Part shown: in pieces, positions 18,911 to 29,631 of the stretch | Numbering within the stretch: position 1 is the first letter of the stretch | Layout: every line of letters begins with the position of its first letter | Source of the DNA: an uncultured cyanobacterium | GTDB lineage: Bacteria; Cyanobacteriota; Cyanobacteriia; Cyanobacteriales; CAWCAG01 | DNA length: 64,000 nt | Direction of reading: 5' to 3' | Assembly: GCA_963803805.1 (NCBI GenBank) | Contig: CAWDOD010000002.1 | Span: 1,280,001 to 1,344,000, forward strand | Notes under the pieces: model-generated | The model's database searches: none | Told to the model about the DNA's origin: nothing | The model's input: only the letters and a program-made list of their open reading frames with translations | Made by a program: the position numbers and the translations under genes

Positions 18911-20704
18911 ATGATTAACTATCTTTCTAAGGTTCTATATGTATTAACAGGGCGCAGAATCCAGCTCCTTTTTCTGCTGTTGATTTTTGGTATAACCTCA
19001 ATTTTAGAAGCAGTTGGTGTTGGATTAATAGGGCCTTTTCTTAGTGTTGCTTCTCGACCTGAATATATTCGGGAAATAGCTGTACTCGAATGGTTTTACC
19101 AGCAACTTGGCTTAGAATCTACTAGAGACTTTATCCCTGTGCTTGGCTTGACAATAATCGTAGTATTCTGCCTTAAGTCATGCTTGTATTTTTTGGCTCG
19201 TTCTTATATCTTTAAGTTTAGCTTCACACAAAAAAGCATTCTTTTTTCTCGGCTACTTAGTGCTTATATGAAAGCTCCTTACACCTTTTATTTAAGCCGC
19301 AATACTGCTAGCATCATCAAAAATATTATTACTGAAACCACCCAATTTATTTTGAATTCGCTTCTGCCGTTACTAACGGGAACCGCTAATTTTGTAGTTA
19401 TTGTTTTCCTTTTAATAGTCCTTGGTTATACAGACTTATTATTGTTAGTGATGATACTAGCTATTATTTTACCTACGTTTATTTTATTTCAAAGATTAGG
19501 TACAAAGTTCCAGAACTGGGGAGAAACTCTCTCTATTTCCCATCAAGAAATGATCCGAGTTATTAATCATGGCTTAGGAGGAGTTAAAGAAATGAGGATC
19601 ATAGGTTGTGAACGATACTTTGAAAATCAAATGAAGGAGCAAGCAAAAAACTATTCTCGGTCTGCTACTTTATTTCAAAGTTCTCAAGTATTACCGCGCA
19701 TCCTAATTGAAACAACTTTAGTAATATTTTTGATCGCTTTCCTTTGCCTTTCCTTTGCTTTTTCCCAATCTAGCTTTGAAAATTTAACTGCGGTTATGGG
19801 GGTTTTTGCGGTGGCTGTAGTGCGTTTAATTCCTGCTTCAAGCCAGTTTATCCAAGCTCTGGGACAACTAAGAAATTCAACCCATGCCCTTGATATGCTC
19901 TATTTAGATTTAAAAGAAATAGAAGAACAAACTTCAATTAGGGCTTATTCACTTGAGAACAAGAAGTTATCAAAAGCTGGTGATTTGGAAAATAAAGTCA
20001 TTAAGTTTGATAATAAAATTGAATTACTTAATGTTAGTTACCACTATCCTAATGCCACTGAAGAATCGGTAAAAAATATTTCCTTTGAGATTAAAAAAGG
20101 TCAATCTATTGCTCTAATTGGAAAATCAGGAGCAGGTAAAACAACTCTTGTTGATATTATCTTAGGTCTTTTAGAACCTCAAAATGGAGATATTCGTGTA
20201 GATAATGTTTCTATATATGATGAGCTACGTTCTTGGCAAGATTTGATTGGTTATATTCCCCAATCAATATTTCTTACTGATGACACAATAGAAAGGAACA
20301 TTGCCTTTGGAACTCCTGATGAGTTAATTAATAGTCAAAAAATGTATGAAGCTATTGAAGCAGCTCAGTTAGTTGAATTAGTTGAACAATTACCCCAAGG
20401 TCTAAAAACCAACGTTGGCGAAAGGGGTGTTCGTTTATCCGGAGGGCAACGACAACGTATAGGTATTGCGAGAGCGCTTTATCACCAAAGAGAAGTTTTG
20501 GTTCTTGATGAAGCAACTTCTGCTTTAGATAATGAAACAGAACGACTTGTTAGTAAAGCTATAAACTCTCTAGCAGGTACAAAAACAATGATTATTATTG
20601 CCCACCGCCTCTCTACAGTAGAAAATTGTGACTTTGTTTATGTGTTAGAACGAGGTCATATCACTAAAGCCGGTAGCTACGAAGAGGTTGTTCTAGAAAA
20701 GTGA
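18911..20704 (+). CDS. ABC transporter, fused permease/ATPase (HepA/PglK-like flippase)
   Basis: TM domain + GKSGAGKTT, LSGGQRQR, LDEATSALD. Confidence 0.85.
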   Translation: MINYLSKVLYVLTGRRIQLLFLLLIFGITSILEAVGVGLIGPFLSVASRPEYIREIAVLEWFYQQLGLESTRDFIPVLGLTIIVVFCLKSCLYFLARSYIFKFSFTQKSILFSRLLSAYMKAPYTFYLSRNTASIIKNIITETTQFILNSLLPLLTGTANFVVIVFLLIVLGYTDLLLLVMILAIILPTFILFQRLGTKFQNWGETLSISHQEMIRVINHGLGGVKEMRIIGCERYFENQMKEQAKNYSRSATLFQSSQVLPRILIETTLVIFLIAFLCLSFAFSQSSFENLTAVMGVFAVAVVRLIPASSQFIQALGQLRNSTHALDMLYLDLKEIEEQTSIRAYSLENKKLSKAGDLENKVIKFDNKIELLNVSYHYPNATEESVKNISFEIKKGQSIALIGKSGAGKTTLVDIILGLLEPQNGDIRVDNVSIYDELRSWQDLIGYIPQSIFLTDDTIERNIAFGTPDELINSQKMYEAIEAAQLVELVEQLPQGLKTNVGERGVRLSGGQRQRIGIARALYHQREVLVLDEATSALDNETERLVSKAINSLAGTKTMIIIAHRLSTVENCDFVYVLERGHITKAGSYEEVVLEK

Positions 20705-20858
20705 GAGTAATTGTCCAACAAAAAGCTTTTTAAAGTCTTGAGGATAGCTATAAATCAGCTTGATTTGCTTGTTATAAGTTATCTATTGTTTAGTCTAGAC
20801 GAGAATAGAATCTAAACTGTATAACTTATGCTATCACAAGATTTATTTAAGTGTAACC

Positions 20859-22055
20859 ATGGATAAAATTGGGTCTTTAATGGGAAAAAAATCGAGTATA
20901 CTTCCTCAATATATTAAAAGTAAACTGAAAATCTTCATCATTAATTTAGTCAGAGAAAACAGTCTCTTTCATGCCCTAGGATTATTTACTTGTAGAGAAT
21001 ATGTCCAAATTAAAGCTAGTAATATTGGTAAAACCCTTCCTGAAAATGAGCTAATTGAGTTTCAAACAATTGTAGATCAGAATGAAGAATCAACCCAAGA
21101 CCCAGTTCACCTCAAAGAACAAATAATAGAAGCAATTCAACCAATTACCCCCAAGACAGAAACTGTTATCTTGACCATAAAAGATCCTGGATTTTCCTTG
21201 CGCAACAACCATTTATTTGATCAAAAAATGAACGTTTGGGATGAAGGGGGAATGAAATTTGAGAGAATGCCTGTAAGACAGAAGTTACTTTCTAGACCTC
21301 AAAAAGTATCCGGGACTGTAGCTTATTTAACTAATGTTGATCCCTTAAACTATTATCATTGGTTGTGTCGTACTTTACCTCTGTTGAGAATATATCAAAA
21401 GCTCTTTGATCTGTCCAAAATAGACTTTTTTTATATTGGAGAGTTTAGTTTAGCTAACTTCCATCAAGAAAGCTTAGTTAGGGCAGGTATTGAGGAAAAT
21501 AAGCTTCTGCAAAAAGCTTGTAAAGCAGATAAAATTTTGGCAGCTATTAGCACGAGAAATAAATATTTTGGCTCAGCTCCTATTAGCAAGAAAAACTACC
21601 TCTTTAGTCGTAGCTTATTTGCAGAGGAAATAAATCAATCTAAACAAGAGCCAAAAACTCGTATCTACGTCCAGAGAGGGAAGGTAAAACGCAGAAAAAT
21701 TATTAATGAAAAAGAAGTTATTAATTTACTAGCATATTATGGTTTCCAATCGGTAACTATGGAGGGTAAAGCTATTGAAGAACAAGCCAAGATTTTTGCC
21801 CAAGCAGAAGCAATTATTGCTCCTCACGGTGCAGCTTTAACTAACTTACTTTTCATACAACCAGAAACCAAAGTAATCGAATTACTTCCCTATGGTTATA
21901 CTAATAATTGTTATTATGCTATGACTAACTATGGAGGGGGACAATACTTTTATCTACAAGGAAAACCTACTAGTCAAAATAAGCAAATGCACAGTCTTGA
22001 TATCGTCTTAGATATTAATCAACTCAAGCAAATTTGCCAATTAGCATTTTCTTAA
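20859..22055 (+). CDS. Glycosyltransferase family 61-like protein
   Basis: NYYHW, RRKIINE, IIAPHGAALTNLLF. Confidence 0.8.
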   Translation: MDKIGSLMGKKSSILPQYIKSKLKIFIINLVRENSLFHALGLFTCREYVQIKASNIGKTLPENELIEFQTIVDQNEESTQDPVHLKEQIIEAIQPITPKTETVILTIKDPGFSLRNNHLFDQKMNVWDEGGMKFERMPVRQKLLSRPQKVSGTVAYLTNVDPLNYYHWLCRTLPLLRIYQKLFDLSKIDFFYIGEFSLANFHQESLVRAGIEENKLLQKACKADKILAAISTRNKYFGSAPISKKNYLFSRSLFAEEINQSKQEPKTRIYVQRGKVKRRKIINEKEVINLLAYYGFQSVTMEGKAIEEQAKIFAQAEAIIAPHGAALTNLLFIQPETKVIELLPYGYTNNCYYAMTNYGGGQYFYLQGKPTSQNKQMHSLDIVLDINQLKQICQLAFS

Positions 22056-22072
22056 ATTGAATATCATCATCC

Positions 22073-22966
22073 ATGAATCTACCTAACTTCATAATTATAG
22101 GTGCTGCTAAATCAGGAACTACAGCTCTTTATCATTACTTAAAACAGCATCCCCAAATTTACCTCAGCCCTATCAAAGAAACCGAATTTTTTGCCTTTGA
22201 AGGAGAGGAATTGAACTTTTATGGGCCCGGTGATTTACCCCGTGCTACTATTACTAATTTTGCTGACTATCAAGCTCAGTTCCAGGGGGTAACTGATGAA
22301 ATAGCTATCGGTGAAGCTTCTCCGGTTTATATTTACAGTTCTAAAGCACCAGAACGCATTAAAAACTATTTACCAGATGTTAAACTGATCGCTATTTTAC
22401 GGGAACCAGTTGAGAGAGCTTATTCTCAATATCTCATGTTTATTAGAGATCAACGCGAAACATTAATGGATTTCGCTCAAGCGGTTAAACAAGAAGAAAC
22501 CCGCCAGCAAAAAGGTTGGGCTTGGGGATGGCGTTACTTGGAATTAGGCTTTTATTACACCCAGTTAAAACGTTACTTTGATATATTTGAGCGTCAACAA
22601 ATCAAAGTTTATCTTTATGACGATTTACGCGACAACCCTCTAAAAGTTATTGAAGATATTTGTGGCTTTTTGAATGTGGATACTAACTTCAGCCCTGATA
22701 TGTCCTTTAAGCCCAACATATCAGGAGTTCCTGACAATAAATTACTCCATGATTTTCTCAGGAAACCCAATGCGGTCAAAGATTTATTGAAGCCTTTGCT
22801 GCCGGCTAAGCTGCGTAAAAGTATGCGCCTCAATTTGCAAAATAGCAACCTTTCCAAACCAAAACTAGAGCCAGAAGTAAAAGAGCAACTATCACCTCTA
22901 TTTCGCAAAGATATTTTACAGCTACAGGATTTAATTCACAGAGACTTATCTGGTTGGCTCAAATAA
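22073..22966 (+). CDS. Sulfotransferase
   Basis: PNFIIIGAAKSGTTAL 5'-PSB loop, GEASP, LREPVERAYS. Confidence 0.9.
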   Translation: MNLPNFIIIGAAKSGTTALYHYLKQHPQIYLSPIKETEFFAFEGEELNFYGPGDLPRATITNFADYQAQFQGVTDEIAIGEASPVYIYSSKAPERIKNYLPDVKLIAILREPVERAYSQYLMFIRDQRETLMDFAQAVKQEETRQQKGWAWGWRYLELGFYYTQLKRYFDIFERQQIKVYLYDDLRDNPLKVIEDICGFLNVDTNFSPDMSFKPNISGVPDNKLLHDFLRKPNAVKDLLKPLLPAKLRKSMRLNLQNSNLSKPKLEPEVKEQLSPLFRKDILQLQDLIHRDLSGWLK

Positions 22967-23009
22967 ACTTTTCATTCTCTCAATCAACATCTCAATCCAA
23001 GGTCAAAAA

Positions 23010-23891
23010 TTGATAAATTTTCCAAACTTTCTAGTTATTGGGGCAATGAAAGCAGGGACAACCTCGCTCTATCATTATCTAGATCAACATCCCCAAATTT
23101 TTATGAGTTCTCTGAAAGAGCCACACTTCTTTTCCTATGAAGGTAATAGGCAACAACCTATAACTACAAAAGAAGACTATTCTTCTTTGTTTGCTCAAGC
23201 GAGGAATGAAATAGCAATTGGGGAAGCTTCTACTACCTATTTAGCTAACCACAATGCTCCGGAGCGAATCTATCAGCTTATTCCCCAAGTTAAGCTAATA
23301 GCTATTTTGCGAGATCCCGCAGATAGAGCCTATTCTCAGTACCTTATGCATTGTCGTATCGATAAATCCGATCAATCAGTTTTACAAGAACAGGTACTTC
23401 TTGAAAATTTTGCTCAAACAATTGCCGAGAAACGCCCCGGATTAATAGGAGGAGGAAGGTATTATCATTGCTTGAAGCACTATTTACATTTCTTCGAGCC
23501 ACAGCAACTCAAGGTATGTTTTTTTGAAGATTTAAAAGATCAACCTGTTACCTTGCTTCAAGAAATTTTTGCTTTTCTGGGAGTAGAAGAGGATTTTGTT
23601 ATCACTAAAGCTAATCAAGCTTATAATTCTGGAGGGATACCAAATAATCAGAGCTTTCATGCTTACTTAGAGACTGTGAAAGACCAATTTAACCAAATCG
23701 TCAAACCCCTTTTACCTAAAACATTACTAGACCCAATATATGAAGTCTATGCAAACTTCAGAAATAGTAATCTAGTCAAAGCACCTCCTCTTCCTGAAGC
23801 CATGCGACAGCAAGTTATTGAGGTATATCGTTCAGATATTCTTGCTTTGCAAGAGTTAGTCCAACGGGATCTTGCCCACTGGTTAAAGTAA
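23010..23891 (+). CDS. Sulfotransferase
   Basis: PNFLVIGAMKAGTTSL, GEAST, LRDPADRAYS. Confidence 0.9.
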   Translation: MINFPNFLVIGAMKAGTTSLYHYLDQHPQIFMSSLKEPHFFSYEGNRQQPITTKEDYSSLFAQARNEIAIGEASTTYLANHNAPERIYQLIPQVKLIAILRDPADRAYSQYLMHCRIDKSDQSVLQEQVLLENFAQTIAEKRPGLIGGGRYYHCLKHYLHFFEPQQLKVCFFEDLKDQPVTLLQEIFAFLGVEEDFVITKANQAYNSGGIPNNQSFHAYLETVKDQFNQIVKPLLPKTLLDPIYEVYANFRNSNLVKAPPLPEAMRQQVIEVYRSDILALQELVQRDLAHWLK

Positions 23892-23915
23892 TTATAAGAA
23901 GGGGGAAGATAGTTT

Positions 23916-24836
23916 ATGAAGATGAATATGCCCAACTTCCTAATCATTGGTGCAGCAAAAGCCGGGACAACCTCCCTGCATAGTTTTTTAGGTCAACATC
24001 CCCAAATCTATTTAAGTCCTGTCAAAGAGCCAAATTTTTTTGCCTTAGAAGGGGAGAAACTGAATTTTCCTGTTGGTACAATTAGCCCAGGTTACTTAGC
24101 TGAGTGTAAAACTGATTTGACGGCTTATCAAGAACAATTTCAAGATGTTACTAGCCAAAAAGCTGTGGGAGAAGCTTCCCCCCTTTATCTTTACCATTCT
24201 CACGCTCCCCAGCGCATCAAAAACCATCTTCCTGATGTCAAACTAATTGCTATCCTCCGCAACCCAGTAGAAAGAGCTTACTCTAACTTCCTACATCATG
24301 TTCGAGAAGGTTTTGAAACTTATACAGACTTTGCTGAAGCTTTGAAAGCAGAAGAGCAACGCAAGCAAGAACATTGGTGGTGGGGATTTTATTACCTTCA
24401 AGGAGGATTTTATTATCAACAACTGCAAAGATATTTCCAACTTTTTGAACCTCAGCAAATTAAAGTTTATCTTTACGAAGATTTAAAATCTCAATCGGTT
24501 AAATTGCTTCAAGATATTTTTCAATTTTTAGGAGTAAACGCTGATTTCACCCCTAATACTGCTGCACAATATAATGTCGGTGGTGTGCCTAAAAATCAAA
24601 CTTGGTATCGTTTCCTTACTACTAAAAACCCTTTAAAAGAACCTCTCAAACTATTATTGCCGGAAGAAGTACGTAAAAGTTTAGTACTAAAGTTAAAAAA
24701 TAAAGCCTTAGCCAAACCACAACTATCTCCAGAAATTCACGCTCAACTCACCGCCAAATATCGTGAGGATATCTTGAAATTACAAGACTTGATCGGGCGG
24801 GATCTTTCATCTTGGTTAGAGGAGGGGAAAAGATGA
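23916..24836 (+). CDS. Sulfotransferase
   Basis: PNFLIIGAAKAGTTSL, GEASP, LRNPVERAYS. Confidence 0.9.
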   Translation: MKMNMPNFLIIGAAKAGTTSLHSFLGQHPQIYLSPVKEPNFFALEGEKLNFPVGTISPGYLAECKTDLTAYQEQFQDVTSQKAVGEASPLYLYHSHAPQRIKNHLPDVKLIAILRNPVERAYSNFLHHVREGFETYTDFAEALKAEEQRKQEHWWWGFYYLQGGFYYQQLQRYFQLFEPQQIKVYLYEDLKSQSVKLLQDIFQFLGVNADFTPNTAAQYNVGGVPKNQTWYRFLTTKNPLKEPLKLLLPEEVRKSLVLKLKNKALAKPQLSPEIHAQLTAKYREDILKLQDLIGRDLSSWLEEGKR

Positions 24837-26089
24837 AAACTTTGCTTCTTAGTACTGATGATATCCAAGGGGGTGCAGCTAGGGCAGCTTATCGCTTGCA
24901 TCAAGGTTTGCAGAAAGCAGGGGTAAGTTCCCAAATGCTAGTCAAGGAAAAATCCAGCCAAGATCCTACAGTTATTGCTCCTGCAACTAAACTAGCAGAA
25001 GGCATCGCGAAAACAAAACAAACCTTTGCTGCTTTCCCCCTCAAACTTTACTCCCAAAGGCAAAGTACCACCTTTTCTACCCAGTGGTTGCCCGACAACA
25101 TTCTGCCTCAAGTTGCTCAAATTGCTCCTGATATAATTAATTTGCATTGGATTAACAACAGCTATATGCAGATCGAAACCTTGGGGAAACTAAAGCAACC
25201 TCTGGTTTGGAGTTTGCATGATATGTGGGCATTTACCGGAGGATGTCACTATAACCAAAACTGCCATGGCTACACAAATTCCTGCGGTAGCTGTCCCCAA
25301 CTAGGTAGCAACCAAGACTGGGATCTCTCCCGTTGGATCTGGCGACGCAAGGTTAAAGCTTGGCGAAATATCAACTTAACCATTGTCGCTTTAACTTCCT
25401 GGTTAGCTAGTTGTGCCGCTTCAAGTTCCCTCTTTAAGCAACAGCGCATTGAAATCATTCCTAATGGCATAGATACCAATATATATCGCCCCATCTCCCG
25501 CCAGCTAGCACGAGAAGTGCTTAATTTGCCCCAAGATAAAGAATTACTCCTCTTTGGTTCCCTCAATGCTACCAGTGACAAACGCAAGGGCTTTCACTTG
25601 TTGCAAGCAGCTCTTCAAGATTTAAGAAACTCCAGTCCTTGGCAAGATAGGCTGGAGTTAGTAGTTTTTGGAGCCTCAGAACCAGAAAATCCCCCAGACT
25701 TAGGCTTTAAAACCCATTACTTAGGTACATTCGCTGATGATCTTTCCTTAGCGTTAATCTACTCAGCGGCAGATGTATTTGTCTTACCTTCTGTGCAAGA
25801 CAACTTACCCAATACCATTATGGAAGCGATCGCCTGTGGCATTCCTTGCCTTGGCTTTGAAATAGGGGGTTTACCAGACATGATTGAGCATCATGGTAAT
25901 GGTTACTTAGCCCAACCCTTCAACATTGAAGACTTAGCCCAAGGGATTACTTGGTTGCTAGAAAACCATGATAGACATCAAAAGCTTTCCCGTCGTGCAA
26001 GGGAAAAAGCCGAACAAGAGTTTACCTTAGAATTGCAAGCACAGCGCTACCTAAAACTTTTTCGGGAGCTTAGGGAGGAGGAACAGTGA
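24833..26089 (+). CDS. Glycosyltransferase family 4 (WcaC-like)
   Basis: GGAARAA, LHDMWAFTGGCHY, DNLPNTIMEA; ATGA overlap with upstream stop. Confidence 0.88.
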   Translation: MKTLLLSTDDIQGGAARAAYRLHQGLQKAGVSSQMLVKEKSSQDPTVIAPATKLAEGIAKTKQTFAAFPLKLYSQRQSTTFSTQWLPDNILPQVAQIAPDIINLHWINNSYMQIETLGKLKQPLVWSLHDMWAFTGGCHYNQNCHGYTNSCGSCPQLGSNQDWDLSRWIWRRKVKAWRNINLTIVALTSWLASCAASSSLFKQQRIEIIPNGIDTNIYRPISRQLAREVLNLPQDKELLLFGSLNATSDKRKGFHLLQAALQDLRNSSPWQDRLELVVFGASEPENPPDLGFKTHYLGTFADDLSLALIYSAADVFVLPSVQDNLPNTIMEAIACGIPCLGFEIGGLPDMIEHHGNGYLAQPFNIEDLAQGITWLLENHDRHQKLSRRAREKAEQEFTLELQAQRYLKLFRELREEEQ

Positions 26090-27348
26090 AAATAAGTTTA
26101 CTCCAATATCTAGCTAGGTTAGAACCAGTAATTGTTATCCTATTACTGGCATTTTATGCTGGGGTTAACTTACCAGAACCTCTGGGATCTCCCTGGTCAA
26201 AATTAATGAAGCTTACGGCCTATGCTTTAGTGCCTTTATTAGCCTTGATACGCTGGAAAAGATGTTTATATGTTGCTAGCAAAGATATTCCCCTTTTGCT
26301 TTTGACAGGTCTAGCTTTATTATCTTTTCTTTGGTCTGCATCCCCAGATGCTAGTCTGAGTTATGGTAAGGCCCTATTCCGTACCACAATATTTGGTCTC
26401 TATCTAGCGACCTGCTATAGTCCTAAAGAACAAATGCGTATGACAACTTGGGCTGTAGGAATAGCGAGTCTCTTAAGCCTGTTTGTTTGCGTTGCCATGC
26501 CTGCTACAGGAGTTTCAGAAGAAGGTCTTTGGCAAGGAGTTTTCAACCATAAAAATACTATGGCCCGGTTTATGGCTTTAGCAACTTTACTACTTACATT
26601 AGTGAGTATAGATAATAGAAAACGACGCTGGCTTGCTATTTTAGGTATTGGTTTAAGTCTTTTTCTACTTGTGAAAACTCAAGGCAAAACCTCCTTATCC
26701 CTATTACTTTTTGGATGGGGTTTGTTACCTATTTACTACGCTGTACAGCAAAAGTACAAGCTGCGAACCTTACTAATCCTGGCAGTAATAGTTATAGGAG
26801 GTGGTGCGGCTTTGTGGCTAGCTAACAACCTAGAAACTATCATTGTCGATGGCTTGGGCAAGGATATGACCATGAGTGGAAGGGATGAACTCTGGGATGC
26901 CTTAATTTATCGAGGTATGCAAAGACCTTGGTTTGGTTATGGCTTTGCTGGCTTTTGGAATAATAAACGCGAGATATTTATTGTCGCTCGTCTAGTATCT
27001 TGGTTTGGTACAAAGACTCATGGCCATGCCCACAGTGGTTTTATCGATCTATTTCTGCAAGTAGGCTTTGTGGGTGTGGGACTTTATGTTTTGAGTTTAG
27101 TAACTTTAATCGGGAGGATAATTGCTTTATTAAATAATACCGGCAAAGTAGAATATTTTTGGTTTCTTGAATTCACAATTGTCAGTTGTTTATTCAACTA
27201 TACTTTAACTCAGACTATTCTTAACCAAAGCGAATTAATTTGGCTTTTATATATAGCCAATGCTTTTTCTACCGCTCTACAGCAAGAACGCCTAAATAGA
27301 ACTCGCCACTGGATGGCAAGTAAACAAAAGCAAATGATAACTAGCTAA
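26086..27348 (+). CDS. Wzy/O-antigen ligase-family polymerase (ExoQ-like)
   Basis: ~11 TMs, GVFNHKN, SGRDELW, RPWFGYG, HAHSG. Confidence 0.8.
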   Translation: MKISLLQYLARLEPVIVILLLAFYAGVNLPEPLGSPWSKLMKLTAYALVPLLALIRWKRCLYVASKDIPLLLLTGLALLSFLWSASPDASLSYGKALFRTTIFGLYLATCYSPKEQMRMTTWAVGIASLLSLFVCVAMPATGVSEEGLWQGVFNHKNTMARFMALATLLLTLVSIDNRKRRWLAILGIGLSLFLLVKTQGKTSLSLLLFGWGLLPIYYAVQQKYKLRTLLILAVIVIGGGAALWLANNLETIIVDGLGKDMTMSGRDELWDALIYRGMQRPWFGYGFAGFWNNKREIFIVARLVSWFGTKTHGHAHSGFIDLFLQVGFVGVGLYVLSLVTLIGRIIALLNNTGKVEYFWFLEFTIVSCLFNYTLTQTILNQSELIWLLYIANAFSTALQQERLNRTRHWMASKQKQMITS

Positions 27349-27368
27349 ACTAAATTACAACCAGGAGT

Positions 27369-28430
27369 ATGTGCATGAAAGTATTAGTAACAGGATCAAG
27401 CGGTTTAATTGGCTCTGAAGCTGTGGCCTATTACGACCAACAAGGTCATGAAGTGATTGGCGCAGATAATAATATGAGGGCAGAGTTTTTTGGTAAACAG
27501 GGAGATACTACTTGGAATCTCAATCGCCTTAAAGAAGTGAGCAATAACTTTACTCATTATAATCTTGATATCCGCGATCGCGACGGGGTTTTTGAGTTAT
27601 TTAAAAATAATCCCATTGATTTAATTATTCACTGTGCAGCCCAACCTTCTCATGACAAAGCTTGCGAAATTCCTCTGTTGGATTTTGAAGTTAACGCTTT
27701 GGGTACTGTGAATTTGTTGGAGGCAACGCGGCAGTTTTGCCCAGAAGCAGTTTTCATTCACATGAGTACCAACAAAGTTTATGGTGATGCTCCCAATGAA
27801 GTACCAAGGGTGGAGTTAGAAAAGCGCTACGATTACGCTAACCCAGAAGATCATGATGGTATTTCTGAAGAGTGTCGCATTGATCGTTGTTTGCACTCCC
27901 TATTTGGGGCTTCTAAAGTTGCTGCTGATGTTGTTGCCCAAGAATATGGCCGCTACTTTGGCATCAAAACAGGTATTTTCCGGGGTGGCTGTTTGACAGG
28001 CCCTTCCCACTCTGGGGTTGAACTGCACGGCTTCCTTTCTTACTTAGTTAAAGTGGGGGTAACAGGGGGAACTTATAAAGTATTTGGTTACAAAGGCAAG
28101 CAAGTTAGGGATAATATTCACAGCTACGATGTCATTCAAGCCTTTGAAGCTTTTCGCCGCAACCCAAGACCAGGAGAGGTTTATAACTTGGGGGGAGGCC
28201 GGGATAATAGCGTCTCAGTGTTAGAAGCTTTTGACAAGGTGGGGGAGTTAGTAGGCAAAGAAATGAACTGGACTTATGTGGACAAAAATCGCATCGGTGA
28301 TCACCTTTGTTATATCTCTGACTTGAGTAAGCTGAAGGAGCATTTTCCTGACTGGGGTATTACCCGCAGCTTGACGGATATTCTTGAGGAGATGGTTGCA
28401 GTGGAGCAAGAAAGATATGCCCAAGTCTAG
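27369..28430 (+). CDS. NAD-dependent nucleotide-sugar epimerase (CDP-paratose 2-epimerase-like)
   Basis: [24 protein letters not shown]. Confidence 0.85.
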   Translation: MCMKVLVTGSSGLIGSEAVAYYDQQGHEVIGADNNMRAEFFGKQGDTTWNLNRLKEVSNNFTHYNLDIRDRDGVFELFKNNPIDLIIHCAAQPSHDKACEIPLLDFEVNALGTVNLLEATRQFCPEAVFIHMSTNKVYGDAPNEVPRVELEKRYDYANPEDHDGISEECRIDRCLHSLFGASKVAADVVAQEYGRYFGIKTGIFRGGCLTGPSHSGVELHGFLSYLVKVGVTGGTYKVFGYKGKQVRDNIHSYDVIQAFEAFRRNPRPGEVYNLGGGRDNSVSVLEAFDKVGELVGKEMNWTYVDKNRIGDHLCYISDLSKLKEHFPDWGITRSLTDILEEMVAVEQERYAQV

Positions 28431-29631
28431 GGATGATAACTTACTGCTTTTCGATCTTTTCTCTACAGGGCATCATGCTGGCTACCTCCTGCATCTCATT
28501 GAATATTGGCGAAAAATGTCTCTTCCTGGCAGTTTGCAGGTGTTAGTAACTCCCACCTTTATCCAGTCTCATGCCGATGTGGTTGCAGCAGCCTCTTCAG
28601 AAGTTAGTTTAGTTACAATCACCCCTGAAGAAGCAGGGGAACTCAAATCGGAACAGTCTAGCCGCGATCGCCTGACCCGTAGTTTTCAAGAATGGAAGTT
28701 GTTGCAAAAGTATGTTCAAGAGTTGCAGCCGACTCATTGTTTACTGATGTACCTTGATTCCATCCTTTTAGCTTTAGCTATGAAAGGGCAACTGCCTTGT
28801 GCAATGTCAGGAATTTACTTTCGCCCCATCTTTCACTATGGAGGGTTTGCAGATTTCCATTCTTCCTGGAAAGAACGCATTTTGCAAGGGCGCGATCGCC
28901 TAATACTCTCACGATTATTAGGGAAAGAAAAATTTCAAACTCTTTTCTGCCTTGATCCTTTTGCTGTAGAGAAAATTGACCAATTCGACACTACCGTTAA
29001 ACCACTCTATTTAGCTGATCCTGTACAAATATATCAGCATTCTGATGCTCAATTAGAGAAACTTAAAGCAAGTCTAGGTTTACCCCAAGATCGACAAGTT
29101 TTTCTCATGTTTGGAGTTCCTCAACCCCGTAAAGGCATTTATCAATTATTAGAGGCGATCGCTCTTTTACCTAACAACTTAGCCGAGAAATTTTGTCTAT
29201 TATTAGTAGGACCTAAAAGTGAAGATCCTTTTATCCATAAGCGTATCACAGAACTGCAACAAGTCCTACCTATAAAAATACTTAAACGGGAACAGTTTAT
29301 CCGAGATCAAGAAATTCAACCTTACTTCCAACTAGCTGATGTTATTCTTGCCCCCTATCAACGCCATATTGGTATGAGTGCTATTTTAGTCCGTGCTGCG
29401 GCAGCTCAAAAACCAGTACTTAGTTGTAATTATGGTTTGATGGGTGAAATGGTAAAACGTTATGAATTGGGCATAACAATTGATGCTAGTTCCCCAAAGG
29501 AAATTGCGAAGGGGATAACTCAGTTTCTGCAACAACCAGGAGAAAAGTTGAGTAATTCTTCTAGTATGAAATCTTTTGCCCAAATTAATACCGCAGAAAA
29601 CTTTGCTCAAACTATTTTCGAGAATTTATGA
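28417..29631 (+). CDS. Glycosyltransferase (GT-B, family 4-like)
   Basis: [18 protein letters not shown]. Confidence 0.8.
   Translation: MPKSRDDNLLLFDLFSTGHHAGYLLHLIEYWRKMSLPGSLQVLVTPTFIQSHADVVAAASSEVSLVTITPEEAGELKSEQSSRDRLTRSFQEWKLLQKYVQELQPTHCLLMYLDSILLALAMKGQLPCAMSGIYFRPIFHYGGFADFHSSWKERILQGRDRLILSRLLGKEKFQTLFCLDPFAVEKIDQFDTTVKPLYLADPVQIYQHSDAQLEKLKASLGLPQDRQVFLMFGVPQPRKGIYQLLEAIALLPNNLAEKFCLLLVGPKSEDPFIHKRITELQQVLPIKILKREQFIRDQEIQPYFQLADVILAPYQRHIGMSAILVRAAAAQKPVLSCNYGLMGEMVKRYELGITIDASSPKEIAKGITQFLQQPGEKLSNSSSMKSFAQINTAENFAQTIFENL

Noticed and set aside
14039-25800. Apparent lack of HIP1 sites in the 5' half of the EPS cluster as a sign of horizontal transfer
   Set aside because: Counted by eye only, and other stretches of the window are also HIP1-poor; needs a computed genome-wide baseline
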